NCBI RefSeq assembly: GCF_964355755.1
Contig: NC_092678.1
Span: 16,287,881-16,351,880 of the forward strand
DNA length: 64,000 nucleotides
Direction of reading: 5' to 3'
From: Antedon mediterranea
Taxonomy: Eukaryota; Animalia; Echinodermata
Numbering within the stretch: the stretch's first letter is position 1; each line of letters opens with the position of its first letter. Of the stretch, positions 52,444-64,000 are shown piece after piece. The translations under genes were made by a program, and so were the position numbers. The notes below the pieces were generated by a model. It did not search any database, was not told where the DNA came from, and worked only from the letters and a program-made list of their open reading frames with translations.

Positions 52444-55400
52444 ATGATTTCTAAAATAGTATATTTTTCTTTTCAAACTTTGCATTTACTCATGTATTTC
52501 TCTACTTTAGATTCCTTGGTAAATTTAAAACCTTTTAGACTAGAACGTTTTTGCCGTACTTACCACAGTGTTTTATAGTTATTTACATTTTTTCACATAT
52601 TTTAATCTTTTTATAAATGACTCCCACTTAATGCTTTCTAGGAATAACTACTTAATACACAGTATTAACTTATTATAAAGAAAATTTACCGTAGATATTT
52701 AAAAAAAACGGTAAATCCTTGGTAAATATTATAATTTTGACCGTTTTTGCCATACTTGCCTCAATGTTGTTTTATAGTACTTTTGTAGCTTACGCCACCT
52801 TTATTAAACTCGTATTTTATATCTGTATACATATTTTATAATAATAATATGCTTTCCCTTTTAATATCATTACAAATATATTCTATACAGTTATTATTTT
52901 AAGGCATCTAGTTATAGTTTACATTATTATCTTAACATTATTATCTATTTATTATTTTTTTCCTTTTCTAATTTTTAACATAATTTCAAAGTTTTTAAAA
53001 TTTGATGAAGTTGGAATATAATATGAAATAATAATGAAACATTTTGACACACAAAATGTATAAAATATAAAATCATCTATTGTTACAATGTTTAAATATT
53101 ACATATTTAAATTGTATTACTATTAAAAATAAAGATTTGCATAGAGATTATTAAAGGTACATACATTTTGAGAAAAATAAGTACAGTTGTTATATTTAGA
53201 ATTATATACAGATTAAGTATTAAGTATAATAGGTTGAATTAAGAATTATAATTAACACCTATAGAGTTTATTTAATATAGTACAGTATAGAAATTATTTA
53301 TCGTCAAGTTTAGTAAATGTTTAATTGTTTAGATATACCTAATATTACAATAAAAGATATTGGTATAATAGTTTTAAAAATTAAATTAAAACTTAATATG
53401 TAATATATTATTTTATTCTTGATCATGTGATAATTTAATGTATATAATTAATTTCAAGGCAGTAATTTTTTTTTTAATCATTTGTAAAAAAAAGTGATAT
53501 TCAAAATTTTAAAAAAGGAAAACAATACCAAAAATACACTATATCAAATATTTTTTAAAGTTCAAATGTGAAGCATGTTTGTGTAAATAATTTGTTTTTA
53601 AAAGCTGAAATTGATTAAAATGTAACTCGCCTTTGTATCGGTGAACAAAAGTGGATCAAAGATTAAGCTGCTATTTATACAATTCTTTGCTGATTCGATG
53701 TGCTGAATTGATGCTAACGTTAGTGAGAATTTACAGATAACAAAAATAATTCTGCCATTTGGTACCTCACTTGGCAATGGTGTTATGGTGCGACTCTGCA
53801 ACAAATCTTGTTCAATGGTTTATGGCTAGTGATAGTTTTAGAGTACAGAAACTATAAACTGCCCAAATCCTCTCGTTGCGATTACGGTATTATAATGCGA
53901 TGGTTGTTTTGGTTATTGTGTAATACATACAGGTGATTCATTGAAGGCAGCTGTGTGATTATATTTATACAGTGTTGTAGTACTTCCAACAAACCTCTTA
54001 ATTTTCCATTTTCAGTATTTTAAATGAGATTCAATTTGTATTATATTTTTGTATTTGTTTAAACAAGTTTGTAAATTATTCATTTGAGATGGAAGATATT
54101 GGAACCTGAGAGCATCGTGCATAGGAAGGGAAACTGGTTTCTAGTTTACTTTGGGACCGGCACCACATACTTAATACAAATTGTGTTGTTGAAACTCGCG
54201 TTCAATTTTGGATTTGTTGTTTAGCATTACCTTTGAATCAAAATCACCAATGAAACAAAATGTTGCTAAAGGTCCATTTTTCATGTAAATCTCTGTTACG
54301 TATAATGAAGCATGAACTTTGACTAATCACGGCGCGATGGATCCTCCGAAAGTCGCTTGTGATTTGTCAATTAACTTGCGCACGTTGCGTTCAAGTGGGA
54401 ACCAAGTTTACAGAGGCTATCAGCCAGGTGATAAAAAATTCTGCTTGTGTAAAAGTTTACAGGGTTTTTTGTTAATCATGTGAAATTCTTATAGTACTGT
54501 ATATTAAATTGCTAGGGTAATTAAAGATTTTGTCAGGTAATAACACTTCACTTTGTTTGGTCTTATTGTGTACTTGCGTTTTTTTGCAATAAAAAACCCC
54601 TAAATTGTCAGACTACATTTTTCTCAAAGTTATTTTAAAAAAGCGTCAGATTTAAATAACATGACATTTCAAATATAGTACCGGTAATGAAAAATTGTTA
54701 CGATAATGAAAATTATGACACCTTTTAAGTAAATTTTACTAATAAATTAGATTAAATCAATACATGCTTAGTTTCCTTACATTTTGATTATATACTGTAC
54801 TTGAAACAAGCGAATCGCTGGTGATACTAATAAAAATGTACAGTACTCTGCAAAATATTTGGGCCCATGTTAAAAGAATACGATTTTTCCTTTCGTGACT
54901 CGTTTTATTGTTAATAAGCATTACATCTGTCCAATGGATGACAAAGTTTAGTGTGGAATGTCAGCTGAACACATCCATGCTCTGATTGGCCAGACTCAAG
55001 CTGTTGGCGCCCAAGCAAAACGACGATTATCAATCATCATTCATATGCGACATTTAACATTTTTCGAGTAGGCTAGTACACTGTACTGTAATTACATAGG
55101 CCAATATGCATGGCCCACTTTTCTCTTAACAGTTAATTGTGTTTCTGAGGATCCAAGCTGATTCATTGAATCTTTGAAATTGGAAGGAAATATATTTTAC
55201 AGTACTGTATATTATTCTTCTGATGAGAATAAACAATGACAAATCAATCATCAATCATACCAGGCCACCATCAGCAGGCAAGGCTCAGCCTCTGCTAACC
55301 ACCCTAGCTAGGCCTACTTATTTAATAGGATCAAGTGTAGTCCAGATAGGACTACTAGCCTAGAATGATTCTAACCTCTTGGAATGAAGACAATGGCATT

Positions 55401-55781
55401 GCGGTTGGTTTATCAGCAGTGCGAAACCAACAGTCGGAGCAGGAAGTCTTTCTAGCTGGTTGATGGAGGCCAACTATTTTTAGGCTAAATTATTTTACAT
55501 TTTAATGATTAAAGTAATGTATTGTACTAATTTAAATTATTTGTTAGAAACAAAGTTGTGTATAGGCCTAGTATATGTATGTAGGCCTATCACTGTAGTT
55601 TAATATATGTTCAAAAAACAATTTTACATTGTTTGAAACGATTCAATTGTGTAATCATGGATTCATAATCATGGTATTTAAAAAAACAAAAGAAACTCAG
55701 TTTTTTGTTAAAAGCAAATAAAATAGTTTATACATTTCATTTACCGGTTTAGCTAATAAAATCTCTTTTGGGACATGTGGT

Positions 55782-55797
55782 GGCTCTGAAAAGAGCC
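55782..55797 (-). terminator. Histone 3' stem-loop of H2B, with downstream element CAAAAGAGAT
   Basis: GGCTCTTTTCAGAGCC followed by ACCA on the minus strand. Confidence 0.95.
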
Positions 55798-55826
55798 GTT
55801 TGGTTTGAAATTCAGCAAAATGATGT

Positions 55827-56195
55827 TTACTTGGAGCTGGTGTATTTGGTGACAGCCTTGGTACCCTCAGAGACGGCATGCTTAGCCAATTCACCAGGAA
55901 GCAATAGACGGACAGCGGTCTGGACTTCCCTGCTAGTGATGGTAGATTTTTTGTTGTAGTGAGCAAGACGAGATGCTTCTCCTGCAATACGTTCGAAGAT
56001 ATCGTTGACGAAACTGTTCATGATTCCCATGGCTTTGCTGGAGATACCAGTGTCTGGGTGAACTTGCTTCAACACCTTGTAGATATAGATGCTGTAGCTT
56101 TCTTTTCGCTTACGTTTCCTCTTCTTGTCAGTAGTTCTTACAGCCTTAGCCTTACCGGCTTTCTTGGCAGCTTTTCCTGAAGTTTTTGGTGGCAT
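55827..56195 (-). CDS. H2B: Histone H2B (replication-dependent)
   Basis: [27 protein letters not shown]...AVTKYTSSK, intronless, followed by the stem-loop. Confidence 0.99.
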   Translation of the reverse strand: MPPKTSGKAAKKAGKAKAVRTTDKKRKRKRKESYSIYIYKVLKQVHPDTGISSKAMGIMNSFVNDIFERIAGEASRLAHYNKKSTITSREVQTAVRLLLPGELAKHAVSEGTKAVTKYTSSK

Positions 56196-56258
56196 GATTT
56201 TAGTAACTACGATACGATGAGTAAAGTAATCAAGTGAAGATTTTCATATCGCCCAGTG

Positions 56259-56326
56259 TTTTTATTGAGTTTGATATGCAAATGAGGTTTTCCAGTTAGG
56301 CTCGCTTGTCGACGCCATTCAATTGG
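56259..56326 (-). promoter_or_regulatory. H2B promoter: octamer box, CCAAT and TATA-like element
   Basis: Minus strand CTCATTTGCATA (ATGCAAAT at 56276-56283), the known H2B-specific octamer. CCAAT at 56322-56326 and CAATAAAAA at about 56259-56267. Confidence 0.75.
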
Positions 56327-57315
56327 TTGTTGACTGCGCGCAATTTATTGAATGTACAAAACAAAAGCTTACTTGTTCTTTCTTTGTTAACATTTGGAGG
56401 GAAGAAGACAACTAAAACACCTTATCTTTTTACAGTACTGTATTGAGTATTTGTAATTTTTGTATGTATGCTTCATTTTGTACCTACCACCAATACAATG
56501 GTGTACTTTACGAACACAAAAGGTAGGATAAAAATTGAAAATGTACCTCACAATGTGAACTATTTGGTGTATATTGTAATAAATAATCTGATATCTTGTC
56601 CTTACATAACATAAATACAGTACAACTTCAAGTGGTTTTTCAATATACCGTATTAATAAATAATATCAATCAATTGAAAAAATAATTTTTTTATATAACA
56701 AAAAAATGTTTAGTAAACCGTTTTTAATAATGTATGAAAACAACCAGTACATTTATTTTATTCTTATGTGCGTGTTTAATAAAATGGTGTGGTACGTCAT
56801 TCATTTTAAAATAGTAAAAAATGTAATTCTCATCCCGAATACTGTATAGTACATGTACAAATAATTTCAAGAGGTGGAAAATGAAAGGTTGCACAGTACA
56901 TGTATTATTATGGATTAGTCAAATGGGAACAGACAAAACACATGTACAGCAGAGCAACAAGGCACATTCATTTTGATTCGCTTTAACTGTAGTACTTTGT
57001 GTATTTTATATGTAAACTGACTTTGGGGTTGGGTTAACCAACTCAGCTATAGAGTGAGTGATTATAGACGGAATAAAAAACGAAATGAAAGTTTTAATTT
57101 ATATAGACAATTCATGAGAAAAAAATTTGCAATTACAGTAGTAAGTATACTTAATGTATGTACTGTATTTTTACCTGTTTTTCATATTAGATTATATTGT
57201 AGGCCTATCAGTTTATATACTAAGCTTGACTTTATGTATATTAAATATTATATGGTAGAGAAACACAACAAATAAAGTAGACAATTGCTAATTTCATCTC
57301 TTTTGTACATATTGC

Positions 57316-57331
57316 GGCTCTGAAAAGAGCC
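57316..57331 (-). terminator. Histone 3' stem-loop of H3
   Basis: GGCTCTTTTCAGAGCC, with downstream CAAAAGAGAT. Confidence 0.95.
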
Positions 57332-57359
57332 TTTTGGTTTGAGAAAACGGAGAATTGTC

Positions 57360-57779
<420 letters not shown>

Positions 57780-57821
57780 TCAACTAATAAAATTGATATC
57801 AAAATTGTTTAAATTCGTGCG

Positions 57822-58050
57822 TTTATAAGGACCTATGGTTTCAAGGGTAATTAACTACAAGCCATACGATTGGCTAAATGAAAACTTGAATTTCTTTGTT
57901 ATTTAAACAGGAATCAAGTGATTGGCTAAATTTTACAGTTTAGAACACGTCCGCAGTTATGTTTTCAATGTGGCGGGAGTTCTCTCTGACTAACAGATAA
58001 ACAAAACGAATTCTATTGGTTAAAATCTATGGCTAAGAACACGTCCGGAG
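57822..58050 (-). promoter_or_regulatory. H3 promoter: TATA, three CCAAT boxes and a duplicated AGAACACGTCCG
   Basis: CTTATAAA at about 57822-57829, ATTGG at about 57869, 57921 and 58015, and AGAACACGTCCG at about 57942 and 58036. Confidence 0.6.
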
Positions 58051-59109
58051 CTCACCAAGATATTGCGCCTTTTTTAAGAGTTTTTGGTTAATAAAATTAG
58101 ACGTTTCTTTGTCATTTTATATACAGTATAAGTGAATAAAGTATTTTGTTTCTTTTTTTACAGTACATAATGTTATTTGTATTATTATTGTTATATATAT
58201 TAAATTATGTTATTTAATCTTAATTTTTTTATGTTTTTTGGGATACTGTATTTTAGGCTTCTGCTATCTGATGATAATGTAGAAATTAAAAACGAACATT
58301 TGATATATCCATTTCTCTTTTTACTTTTAAATCAGTCTTATATCTTTGCTTTTTTATCCAAACGACGATGCTCTTTTTAAATTTCATTTAATTCATTGTT
58401 TGTTGCAAACATGTCACTCTTCTTTGTGTAGTCAATTCTGTTTATAACTACAGTATTTATTTGTACTATGTTTATAAAAAATGATATATACAAGGTTTTA
58501 TGTGTTCTATTTGTATGCTTTTTCAGGGCAAGAAACGTGGTTTATTTTTGTGTTAAAAGTGAACATTTCATTCGTACTTTGTATGTTCTATATACTTCTT
58601 CTTTCTTGGAGATCCAAGAAACAATTATTATATATGGCCTTTGGTCCAAATAATATACAATGTAATACAATATTAAATAAATATCAGTTGAGTGCGTTTA
58701 AAAATTCTGTTCTATGTTTAGTTGTTTATATAAAAGGAAAACATATATTTAGTTCTAATATCTGAATAAAATGGACAAACTAAAGTGAAATGATATTCAT
58801 CTTCAATTGATTGTAAAGCACATAATTTGCATATATACAGTATTATATAACATGGAAATACAGTATATATCTATCCATTAAAATTAGTGTAATACTGTAA
58901 ATAATGTCGAGGATAATAAACAACACATACAAGAAACTGTTTTATCTAATTTGTAGATGATGGATGGTAAAAGCAAAATATTGAAATAAACCCCTTTATT
59001 TTGAAGATTTCACACATAAATTAGCTTTTTGGTTTTAAATGTGAACACAGTACTGTATTTATATTATATTGTTACTTTGTGCTAATTCAATTTCTTTTGG
59101 ACAAGTGGT

Positions 59110-59125
59110 GGCTCTGAAAAGAGCC
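59110..59125 (-). terminator. Histone 3' stem-loop of H2A
   Basis: GGCTCTTTTCAGAGCC followed by ACCA, with downstream CAAAAGAAAT. Confidence 0.95.
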
Positions 59126-59160
59126 GTTTGGTTTGAGAATGCTGTTAGCAGTACGATGAT

Positions 59161-59550
<390 letters not shown>

Positions 59551-60416
59551 TTATTGTATTTCGGTATATTCGAAAATAATGATGATTCAAACAGTACCCG
59601 GTCTTTTATAGCCGCCTGTGGTTCGCCCTACAGAAATCCTGTACTGATGTGACCAATCACGGTCGTCCGCGCTGTAGGCGGTAACCACTTCTATTGTGAT
59701 TGTTCTATTGGGTAGACGTTCTTTGTTATTTTGGCGCAAATTTACAAAATATCATCAATACATACAAATACTGTACATTCATAATATTTAGCAGCAGGAA
59801 AAGGTAACATTTTCAGCTGATTTGCACTTTATGATAACAGAAACACATTACAAATTTAACAACGGTTAAATTTGAATTCATCGTAACATTTTAATCTGTA
59901 AATTTGAAAAACAATGTAAAGTAAATTTATATTTATAAAACAATTTTTTCATAAATGTAATATACAAGACCAGTTAAATATCCAAAATTCAACCTGATCC
60001 TACCAAAGTACATACTACTACTGTATTACAAAGTACCTTATCGATTTTATGCTCACATAAATAATGATTAACCTGGTAATAAATATGAACTATCCCCCAC
60101 TGAAACAATTACAAGCATGTACTTTTATGAACATTTGGCAAACACCATGCATAGCTTCTTAAAAATAATAAATAACATTGTGAAAGAGTCCAAATTATAT
60201 TTGTTATGCAATAACAATATTATATAGGCCAATGTGAACATGAGCATCATGATGTAATTATATTGTTAAAATATGTTTTCGGATACTCAAATAATTTACT
60301 TGATGAAGAGTGTAAAATAGTAAAATAGTGTGAAAATATTTTGGATAGTTTTTGTAAAAGATACCTAAAAAGAGCATGGAAATTTCGAAATGTTGTTATC
60401 TACTTTGCTACATTAA

Positions 60417-61042
60417 AGACCCCTTCCCTGCAATTTTGGACGTTTTTTGGAAAATAATACATATATATCACTTTAAAAACATTAAACCATGTCATTCCTT
60501 GTCTTAAATGTACGTTTTATGGTAAATTATGATAAAAAGTGAGAAACAATGCACTACCTAAGTAGCTCGCGGCGATCGACCTCTCGTGGACGGTCTCAGG
60601 CCTAGCCTAGCTAGGCTTAGTTTTGTAGGCCTAGCTGGTAAACATCGGTAACGTACGAACATCGTACGCTAGCTATATACCTAGCCTGACGTTGTATAGT
60701 TGCTGCATTAATTGTCTTTCTATTTTTGCCAGACTCCGTTGATACAAATTGGGGAAAACCCGGTATTTTCGCTGAAAAGTTAGGAGTCTTCCATTTGTTT
60801 TGGCTTCACGATCGATCGAAAAGTGGGCGAATTACAGGTGAAAAACAACAATATCAATCCGCGCGCAATGCATTTTGGGATTTATAGCGGGCCGCTATAA
60901 TTATTAAAATCGATTTATTTTTCACATTTTTAACCGTTTAAAGACGAAAAAAGTTATCGCAATAGGACCATATAGTATTATTTTTACATTAAATATAGTT
61001 TGTGATCTTAAATTAGATCTAAAAAACGTAGGGAATGGGGCT
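60417..61042 (+). mobile_element. Second copy of the 626-bp Kolobok-like element, in the H4-H2A spacer
   Basis: TTAA TSD, same length as 50460-51085, with about 9 substitutions counted by eye. Confidence 0.85.
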
Positions 61043-61560
61043 TTAAGTAAATTGAAAAGGAGTGGGGAAGGAGGTTGGTGGGTTTTCGTAATAAGTTGTG
61101 TTTATCAGTGGATTTTATTTAATACACTTTTACTACAGTATATTTAGTTTTGTATTCATTTGTGTAAAGTAATGATCTACTGTATGTATCGATTTAAATT
61201 GAGGGATTGGTGGGGGAAGAGGGGTAGGATAGGGGTTGATAGTTGTTTGTTTTTGCCTTTATTTTATACTTTTCTATATATAATTAATTGTTAAATTGTT
61301 ATTGTGAAGGATGCACCATTGTGCTAAGTGTGCCACCGATCTAAAGGTGTAATTCCAAATAAATAAATTGTTTGCATGGTGAAATCAAATGTTAATATAG
61401 ACACACTTTCATTTAATCTACGACATTTATTTTGTTATACAGTATCAATTGTAATGGCTAATGTGAACATGATGTAGATTCACGTTGTGAATCAATGTTG
61501 ATTTGGATTATTCATATTATATATAGATATTAGCAAACAAATCTCTTTTGCACATGTGGT

Positions 61561-61576
61561 GGCTCTGAAAAGAGCC
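61561..61576 (-). terminator. Histone 3' stem-loop of H4
   Basis: GGCTCTTTTCAGAGCC followed by ACCA, with downstream CAAAAGAGAT. Confidence 0.95.
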
Positions 61577-61602
61577 GTTTGGTTTGAAATGTGTTGAACT
61601 GC

Positions 61603-61929
<327 letters not shown>

Positions 61930-62831
61930 TTATTTTCTTCGAAGACAAATTCGAAATTATGCTAACCGTTTTGAAAATAGACGTAATTATATAGCAAATG
62001 CGGACGTGAATTTGGACTGCTCTACCTGACCTTTGTACCGAAACGCAAATAGCCTTTGTATATATTTTTGGTGGGAAAAAAGCCTACAAAAACACGGTAC
62101 TTTCTCGTTATCTTTTGTCATCAACGTAAACGGAAAGCAGTTGTTTTTGTATTGAATTTTGGTGGGAAATACAAGGTGTTTTTTTTGACAGGCAATTCAG
62201 ATTCAGAATCTCTTAGCTTTCTATATACAGTACTGTATTTCCTCCACGGTTTCAACGTATTTATTTTGTCGAAATCAAATTTGTTTCATTGCAGCTGTGT
62301 TTGTGCGATATTCGGAAGCGATTCTTCTATATGTTGATAAAAATATATAACAGCAGTTGCATTAATTTCTTTCAAGATATTAAACATTATAAAAGATGTA
62401 CAATTTCTTTCATAAACATAATTATATATTATAATATTTACATTTTAAAGATATGCAATTTAGATTAAATAAATAAAATACATATAAAAGTACATTCTTT
62501 GATTCTTTAGTATAAACACCTCAGCTTGTATCATATAATGATGACACGAGATAAGGATGATCAAATGTTCAACCTGGTTCATTCAGTAGATTAACTTTTC
62601 ATTTGTCAAAATTAAAGGTTCAAACATTTGTTCATAAATTATAATAAATTTTATACAGTTTATGTTAACAGTAATTTACAATCAAATTATACCCGTGTAT
62701 ACGGTGAAAGGAATAGCTATCCAATCGAACCTAAAAACAACGTAGGAGGGCGATTAATTGATAATCAACACCAGTTGCATTTAATTAGTTGCATGCACTC
62801 AATCAAAGCATCTCAAGATAGTTATGTTTTA

Positions 62832-64000
62832 ATTATTATTATTATTATTTATTGCCAAAAACCAGTTACAAAAAAACAAAACACAGAAACTAAGGGAGTA
62901 GGCAGGAACCTAAAAGTGAACCTAATCACTATAACAAGAGTTCAGGTTCCGTACTCCCAAAGTAACAACAATGATATAAAATAAACTATATAAAAATATT
63001 TAAAAAACAAATAGACGAATCAACAGTGTCAATATAAAATAAACGGATAAAATACATAATAGTCGATTCAACAAAGTCAATATAAAACATGTGATTTAAG
63101 TGAATTTAAAAATATTTGAAAACTGTCTAAAATTAAAGAATTTTTAATCATTTCCGGTAATTCTTCCCACAACCTAGGGAATATATTAATAGCGGAATGA
63201 TGAAGACAATTGGTTCGAGCATAGTGATGAATGAACTTAAGTGTATCAAGGTGACGGCCATTAACAACTAAAGATTGACGAACACTACTACAATCAACCG
63301 TTCCAATAAGTGATTTACAAACAAAGGATAACAGAAGATAATTTCTTCGATTAGATAGTGTAGGCCAATTTAGCTTAGTGAGACGTTCCTCGTATTCCAT
63401 TTCACCTCTTGTTTGTTTAAGGACAAGCCTAGTAGCCCTTCGCTGGACTGCCCCGATACGTTCTGTAAGTTTTTTGGTTCGAGGCAACCACGCTGGGACA
63501 CCATATTCAAATCATCAAATTCAATGAGAGCTTTATAGAGTGAGAAAATAGCTGAAGGGGATGATCCTCCTGCAATACTAGTAATAAAACCCAACATTCG
63601 ATTTGAACGAGAAATAATTAAGTTTACATGGTCATCCCAAGTAAGTTCACTATTAATCGTGACCCCCAGATGACAATGACTAGATACGGATTTAATAGGC
63701 AAGTCATTTATACGATAAACAGGTCTATACTCTTTCCTTGATCTTGTAATGTGGAGAACCTTGGTTTTATTTAAGTTAAGCTCCATTTCATTTAGATCAC
63801 ACCAAGAGGAAAGCCTGATCAGATCGCACTGAAGAACAACTTCATCGTCTACAGTAAATATATTTCTATAAATTATCGTGTCATCGGCAAACAATGCACA
63901 TGGAGAAATAATAGATGAGGGAAGGTCATTTATAAATAAGTTAAAAATAAGGGGTCCAAGTACGCTGCCCTGTGGTATGCCAGAGGTAACTGGGGATGAT
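62832..64000 (-). mobile_element. CR1-group LINE (RT to 3' end), continuing beyond the window
   Basis: VTSGIPQGSVLGPLIFNLFINDLP....CALFADDT...HLGVTINSELTW, one frameshift near 63500, VQRRATRL...YEERL, and an (AAT)n tail at about 62832-62850. Confidence 0.9.

Noticed and set aside
53600-55500. Possible H1 gene or other exon downstream of H2B
   Set aside because: No Lys/Ala/Pro-rich ORF, globular-domain motif or histone stem-loop found.

Overview
AT-rich, intron-containing animal genomic DNA, probably a marine invertebrate (echinoderm-like histone signals and repeats; species cannot be determined). It contains (i) two tandem, intact 4-exon arylsulfatase A-like genes on the minus strand, each with an unusual C-terminal transmembrane helix and a YxxL tail; (ii) a 16-exon plus-strand gene (31174-49127, about 1100 aa by my hand-splice) with PMCA (P2B Ca2+-ATPase) architecture and an open frame, in which the phosphorylated Asp (DKTGT to NKTGV), TGES, PEGL, the TM5/TM6 Ca2+ ligands and GDGxND are all replaced, making it a candidate catalytically dead 'pseudo-pump' and the most interesting item here; (iii) one quartet of replication-dependent core histone genes (H4, H2A, H3, H2B, same strand, stem-loops, no H1 seen); and (iv) many TE remnants: L1/Tx1, CR1/L2 and RTE-like LINEs, tRNA- and 5S-derived SINEs, and Kolobok-, Harbinger-, hAT-, CACTA-, Helentron- and Crypton-like non-autonomous elements. 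All exon models and alignments were made by eye against remembered family consensus sequences; no searches were run.
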